Assembly: GCA_044070495.1 (NCBI GenBank)
Contig: JBIPSI010000019.1
Location: forward strand, 32,001-96,000
Origin: Spirulina sp.
Lineage (GTDB): Bacteria; Cyanobacteriota; Cyanobacteriia; Phormidesmidales; Phormidesmidaceae
DNA: 64,000 nucleotides
Direction of reading: 5' to 3'
Positions 50,367 to 62,448 of this stretch are shown one piece after another (position 1 is the stretch's first letter; each line of letters begins with the position of its first letter). A model generated the notes under the pieces. The model was given only the letters and a program-made list of their open reading frames with translations. It was not told the DNA's origin and did not search any database. Made by a program: the position numbers and the translations under genes.

Positions 50367-51518
50367 TTACTCTAATGCATTGCCCTGTTGAAAATTCAGC
50401 CATTTTTGCTGGACAAAATCAGCCAATTCTTGGCAAAAGCGAGTTTCTGAAAAGATTTCAGCATGATCACGAATCATTTCAGCCGAAAAAGTTCCCGCGC
50501 ACTGCTCAAAATAGCGCAGGGCTTCCGTTAGATCCCGCAGGGTCTGCTGGCTAAAGAGTACACCGGTTTGTCCTGGAATCACGGTTTCGGCACTGCCGCC
50601 CCGCCCCAGGGCAATCACCGGAGCCCCCGCCGCCTGGGCTTCCACCACGGTGATGCCAAAATCCTCCTCCGCTGGAAAAACAAAGGCTCGACAGCGCTCC
50701 ATATAGTCGGCCACGACCGCATCCGTTGGGTTCTGCAAAAAGGTGATATTGGGTTGGGCCATCCGCTTTAGATCCGCCAAACCAGGGCCATCGCCAATAA
50801 TCACCAGCGGTTTTTTTAATTCATTAAAAGCCGCCACCGTCAGATCAACCCGTTTGTAGGGCACGCAGCGGGATACCGTAAGGTAAAAATCCTCGCGAAC
50901 CCGATCACTGCGAAACCTATCCACCGCTACCGGCGGATAGATCACCGTGGCGGGACGACGATAGGTTTTCCAAATCCGCCGAGCCACGTAGCGCGAGTTG
51001 GCCACGAAGCAGTCTACCCGATGGGCCGAGGCCAAATCCCACAGGCGCAGGTAGTGTAGAACGATCCGCGTCAGCCACCCCTTCGGGCCACGGCCCTGTC
51101 CCGACTGGGCTAGGTATTGCTGCTGGAGATCCCAGGCGTATCGGATGGGGGTATGAACATAGCTAATGTGCAACTGATGGGGCCGCGTTAGCACCCCCTT
51201 GGCCACGGCATGGCTACTGGAAAGAACCAGGTCGTAGTCCCCTAGGTCAAACTGCTCAATGGCCAGGGGCATCAGGGGCAGGTATTGCCGAAAGTGCTTC
51301 CTGGCAAAGGGTAGATGCTGGATAAACGAGGTGTGCACGGGCACCTGGGGCGGCAGCTTCGGCGGGGCCTCGGCAGACAGAAACTTGACTAGGGCAAACA
51401 AATCCGCCTGGGGATAAAGCCCTAGCAGTTGCTCCACCACCTTCTCTGACCCCGCCCTAGCCTCCAGCCACTCATGGACAACGGCCACCCGCCTAGGGGA
51501 GGAATCGCTAGGGATCAA
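50367..51518 (-). CDS. Glycosyltransferase family 4
   Basis: HEWL...GSEKV, HTPIRYAWD and EDFGITVVEAQAAG. Confidence 0.92.
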   Translation of the reverse strand: MIPSDSSPRRVAVVHEWLEARAGSEKVVEQLLGLYPQADLFALVKFLSAEAPPKLPPQVPVHTSFIQHLPFARKHFRQYLPLMPLAIEQFDLGDYDLVLSSSHAVAKGVLTRPHQLHISYVHTPIRYAWDLQQQYLAQSGQGRGPKGWLTRIVLHYLRLWDLASAHRVDCFVANSRYVARRIWKTYRRPATVIYPPVAVDRFRSDRVREDFYLTVSRCVPYKRVDLTVAAFNELKKPLVIIGDGPGLADLKRMAQPNITFLQNPTDAVVADYMERCRAFVFPAEEDFGITVVEAQAAGAPVIALGRGGSAETVIPGQTGVLFSQQTLRDLTEALRYFEQCAGTFSAEMIRDHAEIFSETRFCQELADFVQQKWLNFQQGNALE

Positions 51519-51635
51519 CGGGGTTCACCACAGGTGTGTCGGGAAGAGGCCTGGTAATAAGGTTGACCAAGACGATGGACTTGAAAGGGCATCCCTCAGC
51601 GCATCTCCCCACCAACTTGCCCCCCACCGCAGAGG

Positions 51636-51854
51636 CTAACATTCGGCTTGCAGTTCACCAGCGGCCACCTTATCACAGACCATCTGGCGAATTAAGGCCA
51701 ACTCTTCGTAGGTGACCTGGCCATCGGCCCGCATCGCTGCCATAATTTGCTGGCGCTCCTCAGCGGTAACCACGCCGTCTTCAATGGCTTTTTCAATCAC
51801 TTGCCGGAGCTTTTCTAACTCCTGCTGCTCCTCGGCACTGAGGTGCTGACCCAT
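51636..51854 (-). CDS. Small hypothetical protein
   Basis: 72 aa, two D-G-x-V-T-x-E-E units; AAGGGG RBS. Confidence 0.7.
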   Translation of the reverse strand: MGQHLSAEEQQELEKLRQVIEKAIEDGVVTAEERQQIMAAMRADGQVTYEELALIRQMVCDKVAAGELQAEC

Positions 51855-52083
51855 GGTTGCCCCCTTACAATGCGTGGTCTACGGGATTAATGGTCTACGG
51901 GATTAAACGAACAGGACGGCTGGGGAGATTACCCCAGCTACCAGACCTCAACCTTCGGCCTGAGGTGCCTCGATTTTACCAGGAGATGCCCCACGACTCT
52001 CACCCAAGATCAGGGCGTCGTAGGGCCTTAGACCGAAGGCCGTGGCGCTAGGGCCACAGCCTTCGGAAGGGAAACCAAAGCCG

Positions 52084-52407
52084 CTAGGAGGCCAGGGCCA
52101 CCTGGACGATTTCCTGGAGTTTGCCGTTTTGGTAGAGTTCGATCAAAATATCGGAACCGCCGAGGAATTCGCCGTTGACGTAGACCTGGGGAATGGTGGG
52201 CCAATTGGAATATTCCTTGATGCCCTGGCGAATGTCGGGATCGGCCAGCACGTCAAAGGTCTCGAAGGGAGCACCCAAAACGTTCAAAATCTGCACGACG
52301 TTGTTGGAAAAGCCACACTGGGGCATGAGCTTATTGCCCTTCATAAAGACCATGATCGGGTTGGCTTGCACCATCTGGTCAATGCGATCCTTAACGGCAG
52401 CGTCCAT
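52084..52407 (-). CDS. grxD: Monothiol glutaredoxin (Grx4)
   Basis: PQCGFS, WPTIPQVY and GGSDI. Confidence 0.97.
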   Translation of the reverse strand: MDAAVKDRIDQMVQANPIMVFMKGNKLMPQCGFSNNVVQILNVLGAPFETFDVLADPDIRQGIKEYSNWPTIPQVYVNGEFLGGSDILIELYQNGKLQEIVQVALAS

Positions 52408-52559
52408 GGGGTAATTTCTCCAGGGGTGAATGGAATCAAGGGAACAAGACTATCTAACAACCTTTGAGGGCTTGAGTTGTGCCTACGGTGAACCCAATCT
52501 CAAAGCATTCGGGCTTAGACGACCCTTTGGGGCAGGGAATACCTGACCGCTGAGGAGCG

Positions 52560-52817
52560 TTAACTCGCTTGGGCGGCCTGCCAGTCTTCGGGGGTATAGG
52601 TTTTGAGGGCGAGGGCATGGATGGCCTCGGAGGACATGGCCTCGCGCACGGCCCCGTAAACGAGCTGATGCTGCTGCACTAGGCTACGTCCTGCAAAGGC
52701 TGAGGAAACCACCGCCACCTGGTAGTGATCACCGCCACCCGTCAGGTCTTGCACATCCACTTCGGCATCGGGAAGGCTGGCCTTGATCATGGCGGCCACT
52801 TGATCTGGGCTAATCAT
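52560..52817 (-). CDS. bolA: BolA family protein
   Basis: GGGDHY, QHQLVY and IHALALKT; adjacent to grxD. Confidence 0.93.
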   Translation of the reverse strand: MISPDQVAAMIKASLPDAEVDVQDLTGGGDHYQVAVVSSAFAGRSLVQQHQLVYGAVREAMSSEAIHALALKTYTPEDWQAAQAS

Positions 52818-52992
52818 GGAAACGACACTCCCACTAGGGTCTAACAAGGGAACAGGGCGGATCCCTGAAGCTGAGGAAGGGGGTGAAGGCCACTCCGCTA
52901 CTGCCATCTTGCCATTGAATGGAGCAGCATCGATAGGGAATTGCCATTGATTTTCCCTATATTCCCCTAGGGGAAACAGGCCCTAGCGGCCC

Positions 52993-53610
52993 CTACTCAC
53001 CTTCGGGGGCCGGGACAGCGGTGGTTTGTCCAGCGTAGGGTTCGCTGACAAAGCCGAGTTCAAACAACTGTTGGTAGGCGCGTTGCCCCAATTCACGGGT
53101 GGGCTGCTGGCTGCGCAGAATTTCCATCAGCAGCGGAATGGCTTCGTCTGGCTTATTCTGGGCGCGGTAGACCAGCGCTAATTGATAGGTGGCTTGGTCG
53201 CGCATCTGGGCGGCCTCTAGGGCCATTTCTCGGTTGCTGCGGTTGAGCTGGCTGTTAACGCCCACGAACATCTGGGCCAGTTCCTGGTAGTAGCTTGACA
53301 ACTGGTTGAGGGTCGCACGGGAGGCCTGGAGTTTGACCGCAGCGGTGTCTAAATCTTGATTGGCAATGGCGGCCTCGGCCTCGGCCATTTGCTGGCGGGC
53401 TCCAGCGATGCTGAGGGAGGTGCTGGAGATATTTCCAGGCTGAACCGGGGTGATTTCAGACTCTACCGTGCCCTGGGCTAGTTGATCGGGGCTGGCAACG
53501 GCTTGGCTTGCCCCCACAACACCACTACCTAGGCCCCCGCCCAAGGCCACCAGTACCGCCGCCGAAAAGCTGGATAGGGGTTTCCAAACAGAGTGCATTG
53601 CAACGACCAT
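52993..53610 (-). CDS. Conserved exported TPR-like protein
   Basis: Signal peptide; RDQATYQLALVYRAQ...AYQQLFELGFV. Confidence 0.75.
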   Translation of the reverse strand: MVVAMHSVWKPLSSFSAAVLVALGGGLGSGVVGASQAVASPDQLAQGTVESEITPVQPGNISSTSLSIAGARQQMAEAEAAIANQDLDTAAVKLQASRATLNQLSSYYQELAQMFVGVNSQLNRSNREMALEAAQMRDQATYQLALVYRAQNKPDEAIPLLMEILRSQQPTRELGQRAYQQLFELGFVSEPYAGQTTAVPAPEGE

Positions 53611-53883
53611 GACTTACCCAAAATGTGAGGGACAATCGCACCGGCTAATCTAACGATTTACCAAAGGACGAGCTGCCAAAATACTGAGGTATCTTAACAT
53701 CTCGTTATGGCCCCCTGGAGAATTCCCCCTGGATTTACCAGGGATCCTCCCCTGTGATTGTTAGGGAGACTGGGGTGCTGCACCTGTGACCACAACCGGG
53801 CTAAAAAGTTCCCGTTGTGGGGTTACGGTCATCCATCCCCCGTTTCCCATCCTCTGCCCCTTCTATCCCCCTACGTTCGACCC

Positions 53884-56001
53884 ATGGCACAATCCTCCGA
53901 TGCCAATGCTTCCGACCTTTCCGCCATGGCTGGCCCCCGCGAGGTCCTAATTGGCGACATTATTCAGCGAGGGGGCGAAGAACTGCGGGTGGAAAAGGTT
54001 GCTACCCGATTGACCACGCGGCTGCATCAGCCGGGGGCGTTGGGGGCGGTGCAGGCGGCCCTGAGTCCGGTGGGGGTGCGGGCAGTGGCGGCGGGGCAAC
54101 TGGTGGAATGGCAGGTGAATGCCGCCGAATTAGAGGACACCCTCGATCAAGCCCGTCAGCATCCCGATGTCGCCTTTGCCAGCCATGTCTATCGCTTGGT
54201 AGATAGCCCCCAAACCTGGGTCTATCTCACGGATGAGCTGACGGTGCAGGTGGATAGTTCGGTGGATCAGGCCACCCTGGAGAGCTGGCTAGGGCCGCTG
54301 GGCCTGGTGATTGAGCGTCCCCTTACCGGGATTCCTCACGCCTTTGTGGTGCGGGTAACGGCAACGGCCAGGGAGAACCCGATTAAGCTAGCCAACCGAC
54401 TGCTGCGCCAGCCCGGAGTGATGATCGCGGAGCCGAATTTGGTGATCGCCGTTGAGGGGCAGTATCGCCCGACGGATGATCGCTATCCCCAGCAGTGGCA
54501 TCTATTTCACCAGGGTGGGCACCAACTGGCGGCGGGGTCGCACATTAATGTGGAGGCGGCTTGGAACATCACGCGGGGCAGTCGCTCGGTGGTGGTGGCG
54601 GTGGCCGATGATGGCTTTGATCTGGAACACACCGACTTGCAAGGTATGGGCAAGCTGGTGAACCCCGTTGACCTGAAGGATCGCGATGCCGTGCCCCTAC
54701 CGATGCAAAGCCATGAGAACCACGGCACCTCGGTGGCGGGGGTGGCCATTGGCGAGGAAAACGGTAGCGGCATTGTGGGGGTGGCTCCGGGCTGTGCCTT
54801 TTTGCCCATTCGCACCACCGGGTTTATTGACGATGCCTCCATGGAGCAACTGTTTGGCGAAGCGGCGAACCGAGGGGCGGCGGTGATTGCCTGTAGCTGG
54901 TCGCCCGCCTCCAACTATTTCCCCCTCACCCTGCGCCAAACCAACGCCATCACCCAGGCCGCCACCACCGGACGCAACGGCAAGGGCTGCGTGATTATCT
55001 TCTCGGCGGGCAATGCCAACCGCCCGGTCAGCGGCACCATCAACGAAGCCCAGTGGCCCCGCAATGCCCTCAGCGGCCCCACCAAGTGGCTGAATGGCTT
55101 TACCGTCCACCCCGATGTGATTACGGTTTCGGCATCCACTAGCCTCAATACCAAAGCCGCCTATAGTAATTGGGGGCCACACATTGCCGTTTGCGCCCCA
55201 AGCAACAATGCTCCTCCCAGCATGGCCCTGCCCCAGGTGGGTACGGTAGCCACGGGGCCAGAACTGCGCCAATACCTACCAGGACGGGGGGTGGTCACCA
55301 GCGACCGTACAGGCGGGGCGGGCTACGATACCACCGGGGCCTATACCCAAAGCTTTGGCGGCACCTCCAGCGCTTGCCCTGTGGTGGCGGGAGTGGTGGG
55401 GCTAATGCTGTCGGTGAACCCCACCCTAACCGCCCAGGAGGTGAGGGAAATTCTGCAAACTACCGCCGATAAAATCATCGATCCCAACCCCGACCCTCAA
55501 CTGGGCCTGAAGTATGGCACCTACGATGGGCGCGGCCATTCCCAGTGGTTTGGCTATGGCAAGGTGAACGCCCTGGCGGCGGTACAGTTGGCCCAATCCC
55601 GCGCCTGGAGTCAGCGGCGGGTGCGGCAAATTCTCTCCCAGCAAAACCGGACGGCTCTGGTGATTCCCGACAACCAGCCCACGGGGGTAGACAGCGCCAT
55701 CGTGATTTCCCAAAACGGCACCGTCACCGACCTCCAGGTTCAAGTCAGCCTTCAGCACGAATTTCTAGGCGACATCAGCCTGACGCTGATGGCCCCCAGC
55801 GGTCAGACCGTGCTGATCCAGGGGCGCACCCTGGGCCGTCAAACCAGCCTGCGCCAAACCTACAACCTACAGACCGCCCCCGCCCTGATGGCCATGCTGG
55901 GCCAATCGGCCCTAGGAGCCTGGAAACTTCGCATCGTTGACCATGCCCCTGCGGCCATGGGAAGGCTGCTGGAATGGCGGCTTTCCCTGGGGCTGGGCTA
56001 G
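53884..56001 (+). CDS. S8 subtilase with C-terminal P (proprotein convertase) domain
   Basis: Catalytic triad VAVADDG / NHGT / GTSSACP; IPDN...GAWKLRIVD P-domain. Confidence 0.93.
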   Translation: MAQSSDANASDLSAMAGPREVLIGDIIQRGGEELRVEKVATRLTTRLHQPGALGAVQAALSPVGVRAVAAGQLVEWQVNAAELEDTLDQARQHPDVAFASHVYRLVDSPQTWVYLTDELTVQVDSSVDQATLESWLGPLGLVIERPLTGIPHAFVVRVTATARENPIKLANRLLRQPGVMIAEPNLVIAVEGQYRPTDDRYPQQWHLFHQGGHQLAAGSHINVEAAWNITRGSRSVVVAVADDGFDLEHTDLQGMGKLVNPVDLKDRDAVPLPMQSHENHGTSVAGVAIGEENGSGIVGVAPGCAFLPIRTTGFIDDASMEQLFGEAANRGAAVIACSWSPASNYFPLTLRQTNAITQAATTGRNGKGCVIIFSAGNANRPVSGTINEAQWPRNALSGPTKWLNGFTVHPDVITVSASTSLNTKAAYSNWGPHIAVCAPSNNAPPSMALPQVGTVATGPELRQYLPGRGVVTSDRTGGAGYDTTGAYTQSFGGTSSACPVVAGVVGLMLSVNPTLTAQEVREILQTTADKIIDPNPDPQLGLKYGTYDGRGHSQWFGYGKVNALAAVQLAQSRAWSQRRVRQILSQQNRTALVIPDNQPTGVDSAIVISQNGTVTDLQVQVSLQHEFLGDISLTLMAPSGQTVLIQGRTLGRQTSLRQTYNLQTAPALMAMLGQSALGAWKLRIVDHAPAAMGRLLEWRLSLGLG

Positions 56002-56041
56002 GGTGAATGCCCAATCCTGACGGATTGGGCAGGCGGGGAGG

Positions 56042-57334
56042 CTAGCTGTACTTCTGATTCGAGACCGGCTCTAGGTCAAACAGCACATGGAGGGTCTGCA
56101 TGGCGCGTTTGCGGGCTTCGATGTCTCGCTGGGCGCGTAGTTGCACCATGGGGTCATGGAGGATTTTGTTGACGATGCCCCGGGTGAGGGCTTCGATCAC
56201 TTCCTGGTGCTTGTCGGCAAACTCGCTGCCCAGACGGGAGAGGGCTTTTTCCAGTTCCTGCTCGCGGATGGACTCGACCTTGTTGCGCAGGCTGCTGATG
56301 GTGCTGACGGTGTCGAGGGAACGCCACCAGTCCATGAAGCCTTCCACTTCTTCGTCGAGGAGCACCTGGGCTTCCATGGCCATGCGGCGACGGCTGGCCT
56401 GGTTTTGGGCCACCACGGCCTTCAGGTCATCCACATTAAAGGCGTGAACGTTGGGCAGTTCGTTGACGTTGCCGTGGACGTTCAGGGGCACGGAAATATC
56501 AAACACCATCAGGGGGCGGCTGCCATCGAGGATCGGCTCTAGGTTTTCCCGGTGCAGAATCGGCTCGGTGGCGGAGGTGCAGGTAAACACCACGTCCGAG
56601 GTCTGCACAGTCTCTAGCATGGCGTCGAGGGTGCCCGTGCAGATGTTGGCATCCGGGAACTGCTTGGCCAGTTCGTTGGCGCGGTTGATGGTGCGGTTGA
56701 GGATGGTAATGGTGCAGGATTCCTTGGCGCTCAAATGCTGCACCAGCAGACGGGCCATTTTGCCGGCACCGAGGATGCTGATCTTACAGCTATCCAGGTT
56801 GGGAACTTTGAGTTTGGCCAGTTCCACCGCCGCTGAACTAATGGAAACGGCCCCGGTGCCAATGCTGGTTTCGCTGCGTACCCGCTTTCCGGCGGTGAGG
56901 GACTGCTTCAGCAGCCGATCGAGCACCCGCCCTAGGCTCTTGTGCTGCTGGGCCAGTTGGTGGGCGTGCTTCACCTGGGCCAAAATTTGCCCTTCACCGA
57001 GGACGAGGCTATCTAGCCCCGCCGCCACCCGCATCAGGTGGTTGACGGCATCCTGGTGCAGCAGGATGAACAAATGCTGGCGCAGTTCGGGCAGAGGTAG
57101 ACCGCTGTGCTCAGAGAGAAACTGGGTCACTTCCCGAATGCCCTGCTCGGTCTCTTCGGTAACGATGTGAATTTCGAGGCGGTTGCAGGTGCTGAGGATA
57201 GAGACTTCGTCGATGTGGGGACAGTGGGTGAGATGGGCAATCGCGTCTCCTGTCTGAGCCGTGGGAATGCTGAGTTTTTCGCGAATTTGAACGGGGGCAG
57301 TTTTATGGCTCAGGCCAATTACGGCGATATTCAT
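56042..57334 (-). CDS. hemA: Glutamyl-tRNA reductase
   Basis: [27 protein letters not shown] and DISVP. Confidence 0.98.
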   Translation of the reverse strand: MNIAVIGLSHKTAPVQIREKLSIPTAQTGDAIAHLTHCPHIDEVSILSTCNRLEIHIVTEETEQGIREVTQFLSEHSGLPLPELRQHLFILLHQDAVNHLMRVAAGLDSLVLGEGQILAQVKHAHQLAQQHKSLGRVLDRLLKQSLTAGKRVRSETSIGTGAVSISSAAVELAKLKVPNLDSCKISILGAGKMARLLVQHLSAKESCTITILNRTINRANELAKQFPDANICTGTLDAMLETVQTSDVVFTCTSATEPILHRENLEPILDGSRPLMVFDISVPLNVHGNVNELPNVHAFNVDDLKAVVAQNQASRRRMAMEAQVLLDEEVEGFMDWWRSLDTVSTISSLRNKVESIREQELEKALSRLGSEFADKHQEVIEALTRGIVNKILHDPMVQLRAQRDIEARKRAMQTLHVLFDLEPVSNQKYS

Positions 57335-57815
57335 TCTTCCTCCACGCGTTAGTTATTCACCTAATTTATGGTGGCCGCTGATCGTGCCCTGAGCTGAGAC
57401 CCCGCTGCCGCCACCATCAGGACAGTTTGGGCAGGGGGTGGCCCCAGGGGATCGGGCGCACAAAAGCCAATATGTTTGAACTTAGAGATAAATCGACGCC
57501 GACTCAAGGAAACTCAACAAAAGTCCATCAAAAAATGTAAACGGCCCAAAAAAAGAGATGCGGGGGGCCACATCTCTAGGAAGAAAAGCATGAAGTCGTC
57601 ACCAACTTCACGCCGTTCTGGATATTGATTCTGCTCTTAGCAGGGATTATCTCTAGCCCCTAGTTGACGGACAAAACGGGCCAAAACCCCTATTTGTCAG
57701 TGGGTCAGGAAACCTGACCCCTACATTCTCCCGACGTTTTCCTGACACAGTGTGGGCGCGGTTGTCTCGCCCGATGCAGGATTGTGGGCCAGTCAACCAG
57801 CGATAGACCGATAAC

Positions 57816-58853
57816 CTAGCGGATTTGCAGGGTCTTGGGAGCCTCAAACATGTGGATGGTGTCCACAAAGCGGGCGGTCTTGGATTGGCTGGAGATGATC
57901 AGGGACTGAGTCCGGGCACCGCCGTGGAAGAAGCGGACGCCGTTCATCAGTTCGCCGGAGGTGATGCCGGTGGCGGCAAACAGCACGGTTTCGCCGGAGG
58001 CCAGTTCTTCGGCATCGTAGACTTTGTCGATGTCGGTGATGCCCATTTCGTTGAGACGGGCGATGTTGGCTTCCTTGCTTTCGCCGATCAGTCCGGTCTT
58101 CACGACTTCGGGATCGTAGATCAGCTGGCCTTGGAAGTGGCCACCTAGGCAGCGCATGGCGGCGGCGCTAATCACCCCTTCGGGGGCAGCACCGATGCCC
58201 ATCAGGGCATGGGTGTTGGTACCGGAGAAGGCGCAGGAGATCGCGGCCCCCACGTCACCATCGGCGATTAGCTTAACGCGAGCACCCGCATCGCGGATTT
58301 CTTTGATCAGGTCGTTGTGGCGATCCCGTTTCATCACCACCACCACCAGTTCATCGATGGCCCGATCTAGGCACTCGGCCAGGATTTTCAGGTTCTCGGT
58401 GGCAGACTTGTTGATGTCCACATGGCCCTTGGCTTGGGGGGGAGCGGCCAGCTTCTTCATGTAGAAGTCGGGGGCGGCGAACAGACCACCTTTTTCAGAA
58501 ATAGCCAGCACCGCCATGGAGCCATTCTGACCGTAGGCCACCAGGTTGGTGCCTTCACAGGGGTCAACGGCAATGTCGATTTCGACCAGTTCGTCGGGGT
58601 TGCAGTAGGCTTTGGCATCGGGCTGGGTGCAAATCCCCACTTCTTCACCGATGTAGAGCATGGGGGCATCGTCCCGTTCACCCTCACCAATCACAATGCG
58701 ACCGCGCATGTGAATCTTGTTCATGCGCTCCCGCATGGCTTCCACGGCCACTTGGTCAGCGATATTCTTTTCGCCCTTACCCATCCAACGGGCCGAGGCG
58801 ACCGCCGCCTGTTCGACCACCTCAATAATCTCAAGACCGAGGGTACTTTCCAC
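57816..58853 (-). CDS. glpX: Class II fructose-1,6-/sedoheptulose-1,7-bisphosphatase
   Basis: [25 protein letters not shown] and GAAPEGV. Confidence 0.98.
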   Translation of the reverse strand: MESTLGLEIIEVVEQAAVASARWMGKGEKNIADQVAVEAMRERMNKIHMRGRIVIGEGERDDAPMLYIGEEVGICTQPDAKAYCNPDELVEIDIAVDPCEGTNLVAYGQNGSMAVLAISEKGGLFAAPDFYMKKLAAPPQAKGHVDINKSATENLKILAECLDRAIDELVVVVMKRDRHNDLIKEIRDAGARVKLIADGDVGAAISCAFSGTNTHALMGIGAAPEGVISAAAMRCLGGHFQGQLIYDPEVVKTGLIGESKEANIARLNEMGITDIDKVYDAEELASGETVLFAATGITSGELMNGVRFFHGGARTQSLIISSQSKTARFVDTIHMFEAPKTLQIR

Positions 58854-58951
58854 GGGATTAATCCTCCAAGTGCCTATATCTAGTAGGTTTTCGCGTTCCC
58901 TATCTCAGTTTCTCAGTCTATCAGACGGTGGGATCAAGGCATAGATAATGA

Positions 58952-59632
58952 CTAGATTGGCCCCATGGTTAACACCACCATTCCAACGGCAACCGTCCAC
59001 CCGATTAGGGTCAAAATGGCCGTCAGCAGAAAGGGCAACCGAGACCGGGCCGATTGGGCCGCTTCCAGCACCGACCAGGAGGGCAGCCAGGGCCAGTAGT
59101 CAATGGTGATCTCCTCGCCCTGGGGGATGCGGTCGAAGTAGCTTTTTTTCACCCCGGCTCGTCCGTCGTAGGGTTCTGGCCGCTGGGGCAGGGTGTAGCG
59201 ATACCGGAGAAAATAGTCGGTGTGGGTAATGCCCGTGTCGGAATCGTAGCGGAGGGCGGTGGGCTTGTCCGTCACCGTGGCTGTGGCCCGCTGTCCCCAT
59301 TGGCTAATGGCGGCCTCTTGCAGAAAGGGGATCAGCAGAAAGCCATAGATGACGTAGATAAGGCCAATGAGAACCAGGATCAGCGAATTTAGCCGAGAAA
59401 AGAGGCTTTTTTGGCGGACGAACCACCACTCCAGGCCAAAACAGGCTATCCACAGCCCAACCCCCAGGGCCGACAGCCCCAACAGCAGCCCTAGGGACGA
59501 GGGGGCCGTGGTTGGGGTCGAATCTCCCACGATAGCCAGCGCCATGCGCCGCGCCAAAAGGCCGATCCCCACCGTGAACCCCAGGGCCAGTACCCCGTTC
59601 AGGGCGATCCAACGGTTGGCATAATCATCCAT
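58952..59632 (-). CDS. Membrane protein, DUF3592-like
   Basis: Three N-terminal TMs, GQRATATV...YRY...GEEITIDY beta domain and C-terminal TM. Confidence 0.65.
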   Translation of the reverse strand: MDDYANRWIALNGVLALGFTVGIGLLARRMALAIVGDSTPTTAPSSLGLLLGLSALGVGLWIACFGLEWWFVRQKSLFSRLNSLILVLIGLIYVIYGFLLIPFLQEAAISQWGQRATATVTDKPTALRYDSDTGITHTDYFLRYRYTLPQRPEPYDGRAGVKKSYFDRIPQGEEITIDYWPWLPSWSVLEAAQSARSRLPFLLTAILTLIGWTVAVGMVVLTMGPI

Positions 59633-59720
59633 GGGCCTAGGACTGTGAGAAGTGTTGCGAGATAGTTAGGACTTCGAGATCGTCAGGATTCTGCCCTATC
59701 CTACCGAAGGAAGAAGGGGT

Positions 59721-61682
59721 ATGGCGTTAGGGGAGGCCAAGGGCGTGAGGGGAACCAGTCGATCACTATTCAAGCTGGGGCACGGGCTGATGGTGAGCTG
59801 TGCCGTGTTTGGGGCCATTGCCCTGGCCTCCCAGCATCCCTGGATTGTGCGTACCGAGGGCTATGCCCAGTCCTTGCTGTGGCGGCTGCGGGGGCCGATT
59901 GATCCCCCCGATGATGTGGTGATTTTGGCCATTGATGAATATTCCCTCAGCCAGGGGGGGACCTACTCGGATAGCCCAGATCGCTATCCCTACCTAGCCC
60001 CCCTAGAATCTTGGCCCTGGCAGCGTCAGGTGTATGCGACCGCCATTGATCGGCTGATGGAAGCTGGGGCTAGGGCAGTGGCGGTGGATGTGCTCCTGCT
60101 GGATCCGAGCCTCTATGGCCCAGCGGATGATGCCGCCCTGGAGGCCAGTTTGACTCGGTGGGGGGATCGGGTGGTGCTGGCGGCCCTCTACGATTCATCG
60201 ACCACCGACTGGGGCGGGGTGGCCTCTTTGCTGGTACCCAGCCTCGGTGGGGCGGCACACCAGGGGTTGATCAACGTCGCTCCCGACAGCGATGGCCAGC
60301 TTCGACTTGCGCCGGAAGTGGTGCTGTCCGAATTGCGGCAAGTTCACGGTTTTGTCGATACCCTACCCGCCTTTGCCACGGCAACCCTCCAGGCCGCTGG
60401 CGATCCCGATCCCCACTGGCCCAGCCAGCGGCTATTTTTCTATGGGCCGAGGGGCACCATTCCCACCCTGCCCTTTGCCCACGTGATCGAGCCTGAAAAT
60501 TGGAATCGCTATCGCCACCAGTTTGCCGACAAGATTGTGATCATTGGCCCCACCGCCCCTTCCCTCCAGGATCTCCATCGCATAGCCTTTGATAACGCCA
60601 TCCCAGGGCCGGAGGTTCACGCCCAAACTGTGGCGGCTATGCTAGAAGGCCGTACTCTCAACCCGCTGCTGGCTAATTCCCTCGTCCAGGGACTCGTAAC
60701 GGCCCTACTGATCGGCGGCCTTGGCCTGGGGCTGGGGTATCGGTTCAACCAGCCTTTGCCCCGGCTCCTGGGGTTTGGCACGGCCATTACCCTCTGGGGG
60801 GCCACCGCCTACCTGCTGATGATGGGGCCACCGGGACGCCTGATTCCCCTGGCAATTCCGGTGACCTGCCTGGGCATGGGAGGCTTGGCCTACATTGCCA
60901 CGGGGGCGATTGGGGATCGCCTAGAGGAACAACGCCTGCGCCGCACCCTAGAGCGCTATGTATCCCCAGCGGTGGCCAACGAAATTCTGGGCCAACCGGA
61001 GGATTTCACCAGCCTGGGGGTGGGCCAACAAATGCAGGCGGCGGTGCTGTTTTCGGATATTCGGGGCTTTAGCCGTCTGTCTTACCAGCTCGGAGCCGAA
61101 CAAACCGTTCGGATGCTCAATACCTACCTCACCGATATGGTGGCCGCCATTCTGGCCGAACGGGGCACCATCGATAAGTTTATTGGCGATGCAGTGATGG
61201 CGGAGTTTGGCGCACCCATCTCCCTGGGGGCCAAGCAGGATGCCCTGGGTGCCGTCCGGGCCGCCCTGGGAATGCGAGCCGCCTTGGCCACCCTGCGCCA
61301 ACGGTTGCAGGCGGAGGGGTTGCCGCCTCTGTTTAATGGCATCGGCGTTAGCTATGGCGACCTGGTGGTGGGCAATGTGGGGTCGCCGCAACGGCTGGAA
61401 TATACGGCCATTGGCGACACCGTGAATGTGGCCAGCCGCATAGAAGGGCTGACCAAACTGGTGGGCACCGACCTGCTGATTACCCAACCCCTCTACGACC
61501 TGGTGCAAGACGACATCATCGCCGTAGACCACGGGCCGCACTTCGTCGCCGGACGGGAAAAGGAAGCGGTTCAGGTCTATGGCGTAATTAGTCTGCGCGG
61601 CGAATCCGACGCCCTCTATCAACAGGTGCAAAGGGATCTCCAAGCCCATCTGGCCGCCACTCCCAAAGGCCCACCGAAGTAA
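59721..61682 (+). CDS. CHASE2-domain adenylate/guanylate cyclase
   Basis: [13 protein letters not shown], 3 [20 protein letters not shown] and [12 protein letters not shown]. Confidence 0.95.
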   Translation: MALGEAKGVRGTSRSLFKLGHGLMVSCAVFGAIALASQHPWIVRTEGYAQSLLWRLRGPIDPPDDVVILAIDEYSLSQGGTYSDSPDRYPYLAPLESWPWQRQVYATAIDRLMEAGARAVAVDVLLLDPSLYGPADDAALEASLTRWGDRVVLAALYDSSTTDWGGVASLLVPSLGGAAHQGLINVAPDSDGQLRLAPEVVLSELRQVHGFVDTLPAFATATLQAAGDPDPHWPSQRLFFYGPRGTIPTLPFAHVIEPENWNRYRHQFADKIVIIGPTAPSLQDLHRIAFDNAIPGPEVHAQTVAAMLEGRTLNPLLANSLVQGLVTALLIGGLGLGLGYRFNQPLPRLLGFGTAITLWGATAYLLMMGPPGRLIPLAIPVTCLGMGGLAYIATGAIGDRLEEQRLRRTLERYVSPAVANEILGQPEDFTSLGVGQQMQAAVLFSDIRGFSRLSYQLGAEQTVRMLNTYLTDMVAAILAERGTIDKFIGDAVMAEFGAPISLGAKQDALGAVRAALGMRAALATLRQRLQAEGLPPLFNGIGVSYGDLVVGNVGSPQRLEYTAIGDTVNVASRIEGLTKLVGTDLLITQPLYDLVQDDIIAVDHGPHFVAGREKEAVQVYGVISLRGESDALYQQVQRDLQAHLAATPKGPPK

Positions 61683-61838
61683 AGCGGGGCTAGCCGATCT
61701 GAGGATAGGGAAGGCTAGGGTCGCCGATTGGCTCTGGTGAAGGGCTACCCCCATGGCTTTACCTAAACAGCAGGGGAGCGGCAGGGGCCAGATTTCGCTC
61801 GGTACAATGGAAGGGTTAGGGCAGAGGAACTTCTGGTT

Positions 61839-62402
61839 ATGGTGACCACCAAACTCTCGCTGGCGGATTATCTGAGCCTAGACCATGGCCCAGAGGGTCG
61901 CTGTGAATTTGTGGATGGAGACATTCTTGAAATGCCGCCGGAAAGTGAAGACAAGGTCATCGTGGGCAGTTATTTGGCCACGCAGTTATTGAGTGTGCTT
62001 TCCTTTGACCAAGTGCGCCAGGGCACAACGGAATTAGTCATTTCTGGGCGGGTACGCATTCCTGATGTCATGGTGTTGGGGGAAGACTTAGTCGCGGCCC
62101 TGGCAGGTCGCCGGAGAAGCACCATTACGGAGGAAATGCCGCCGCCGTTGCTGGTGGTGGAGGTGGTGTCGCCAGGGAAAATTAATGAAGACCGAGACTA
62201 TCGCTACAAGCGCTCGGAGTATGCGGCACGGGGGATTCCTGAATATTGGATTGTTGACCCGGAACGGGAAAAGGTAACGGTGCTGACCCTGGTGGATGGC
62301 TGGTATGAGCCGGAGGAATTGGGGCCAGAGGGGGTGTTGGAATCGCCCCAGGTGCCGGGGTTTTCGGTGTCGGTGGCGAGGCTGTTATCGCCGAGGGGTT
62401 AG
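61839..62402 (+). CDS. Uma2 family endonuclease
   Basis: [16 protein letters not shown] and [18 protein letters not shown]. Confidence 0.92.
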   Translation: MVTTKLSLADYLSLDHGPEGRCEFVDGDILEMPPESEDKVIVGSYLATQLLSVLSFDQVRQGTTELVISGRVRIPDVMVLGEDLVAALAGRRRSTITEEMPPPLLVVEVVSPGKINEDRDYRYKRSEYAARGIPEYWIVDPEREKVTVLTLVDGWYEPEELGPEGVLESPQVPGFSVSVARLLSPRG

Positions 62403-62448
62403 GTCATAAAATTTGGGAAGATGTACCTTTCGCATGGAGCGCTGAATC

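Noticed and set aside
53884..56001. Cyanobactin (PatA/PatG) protease
   Set aside because: Has a P-domain rather than the cyanobactin-type C-terminal domain; no precursor peptide or YcaO gene nearby.
57335..57815. Structured ncRNA between glpX and hemA
   Set aside because: Only short hairpins (e.g. 57702-57720) consistent with termination or stability; no recognisable RNA family.
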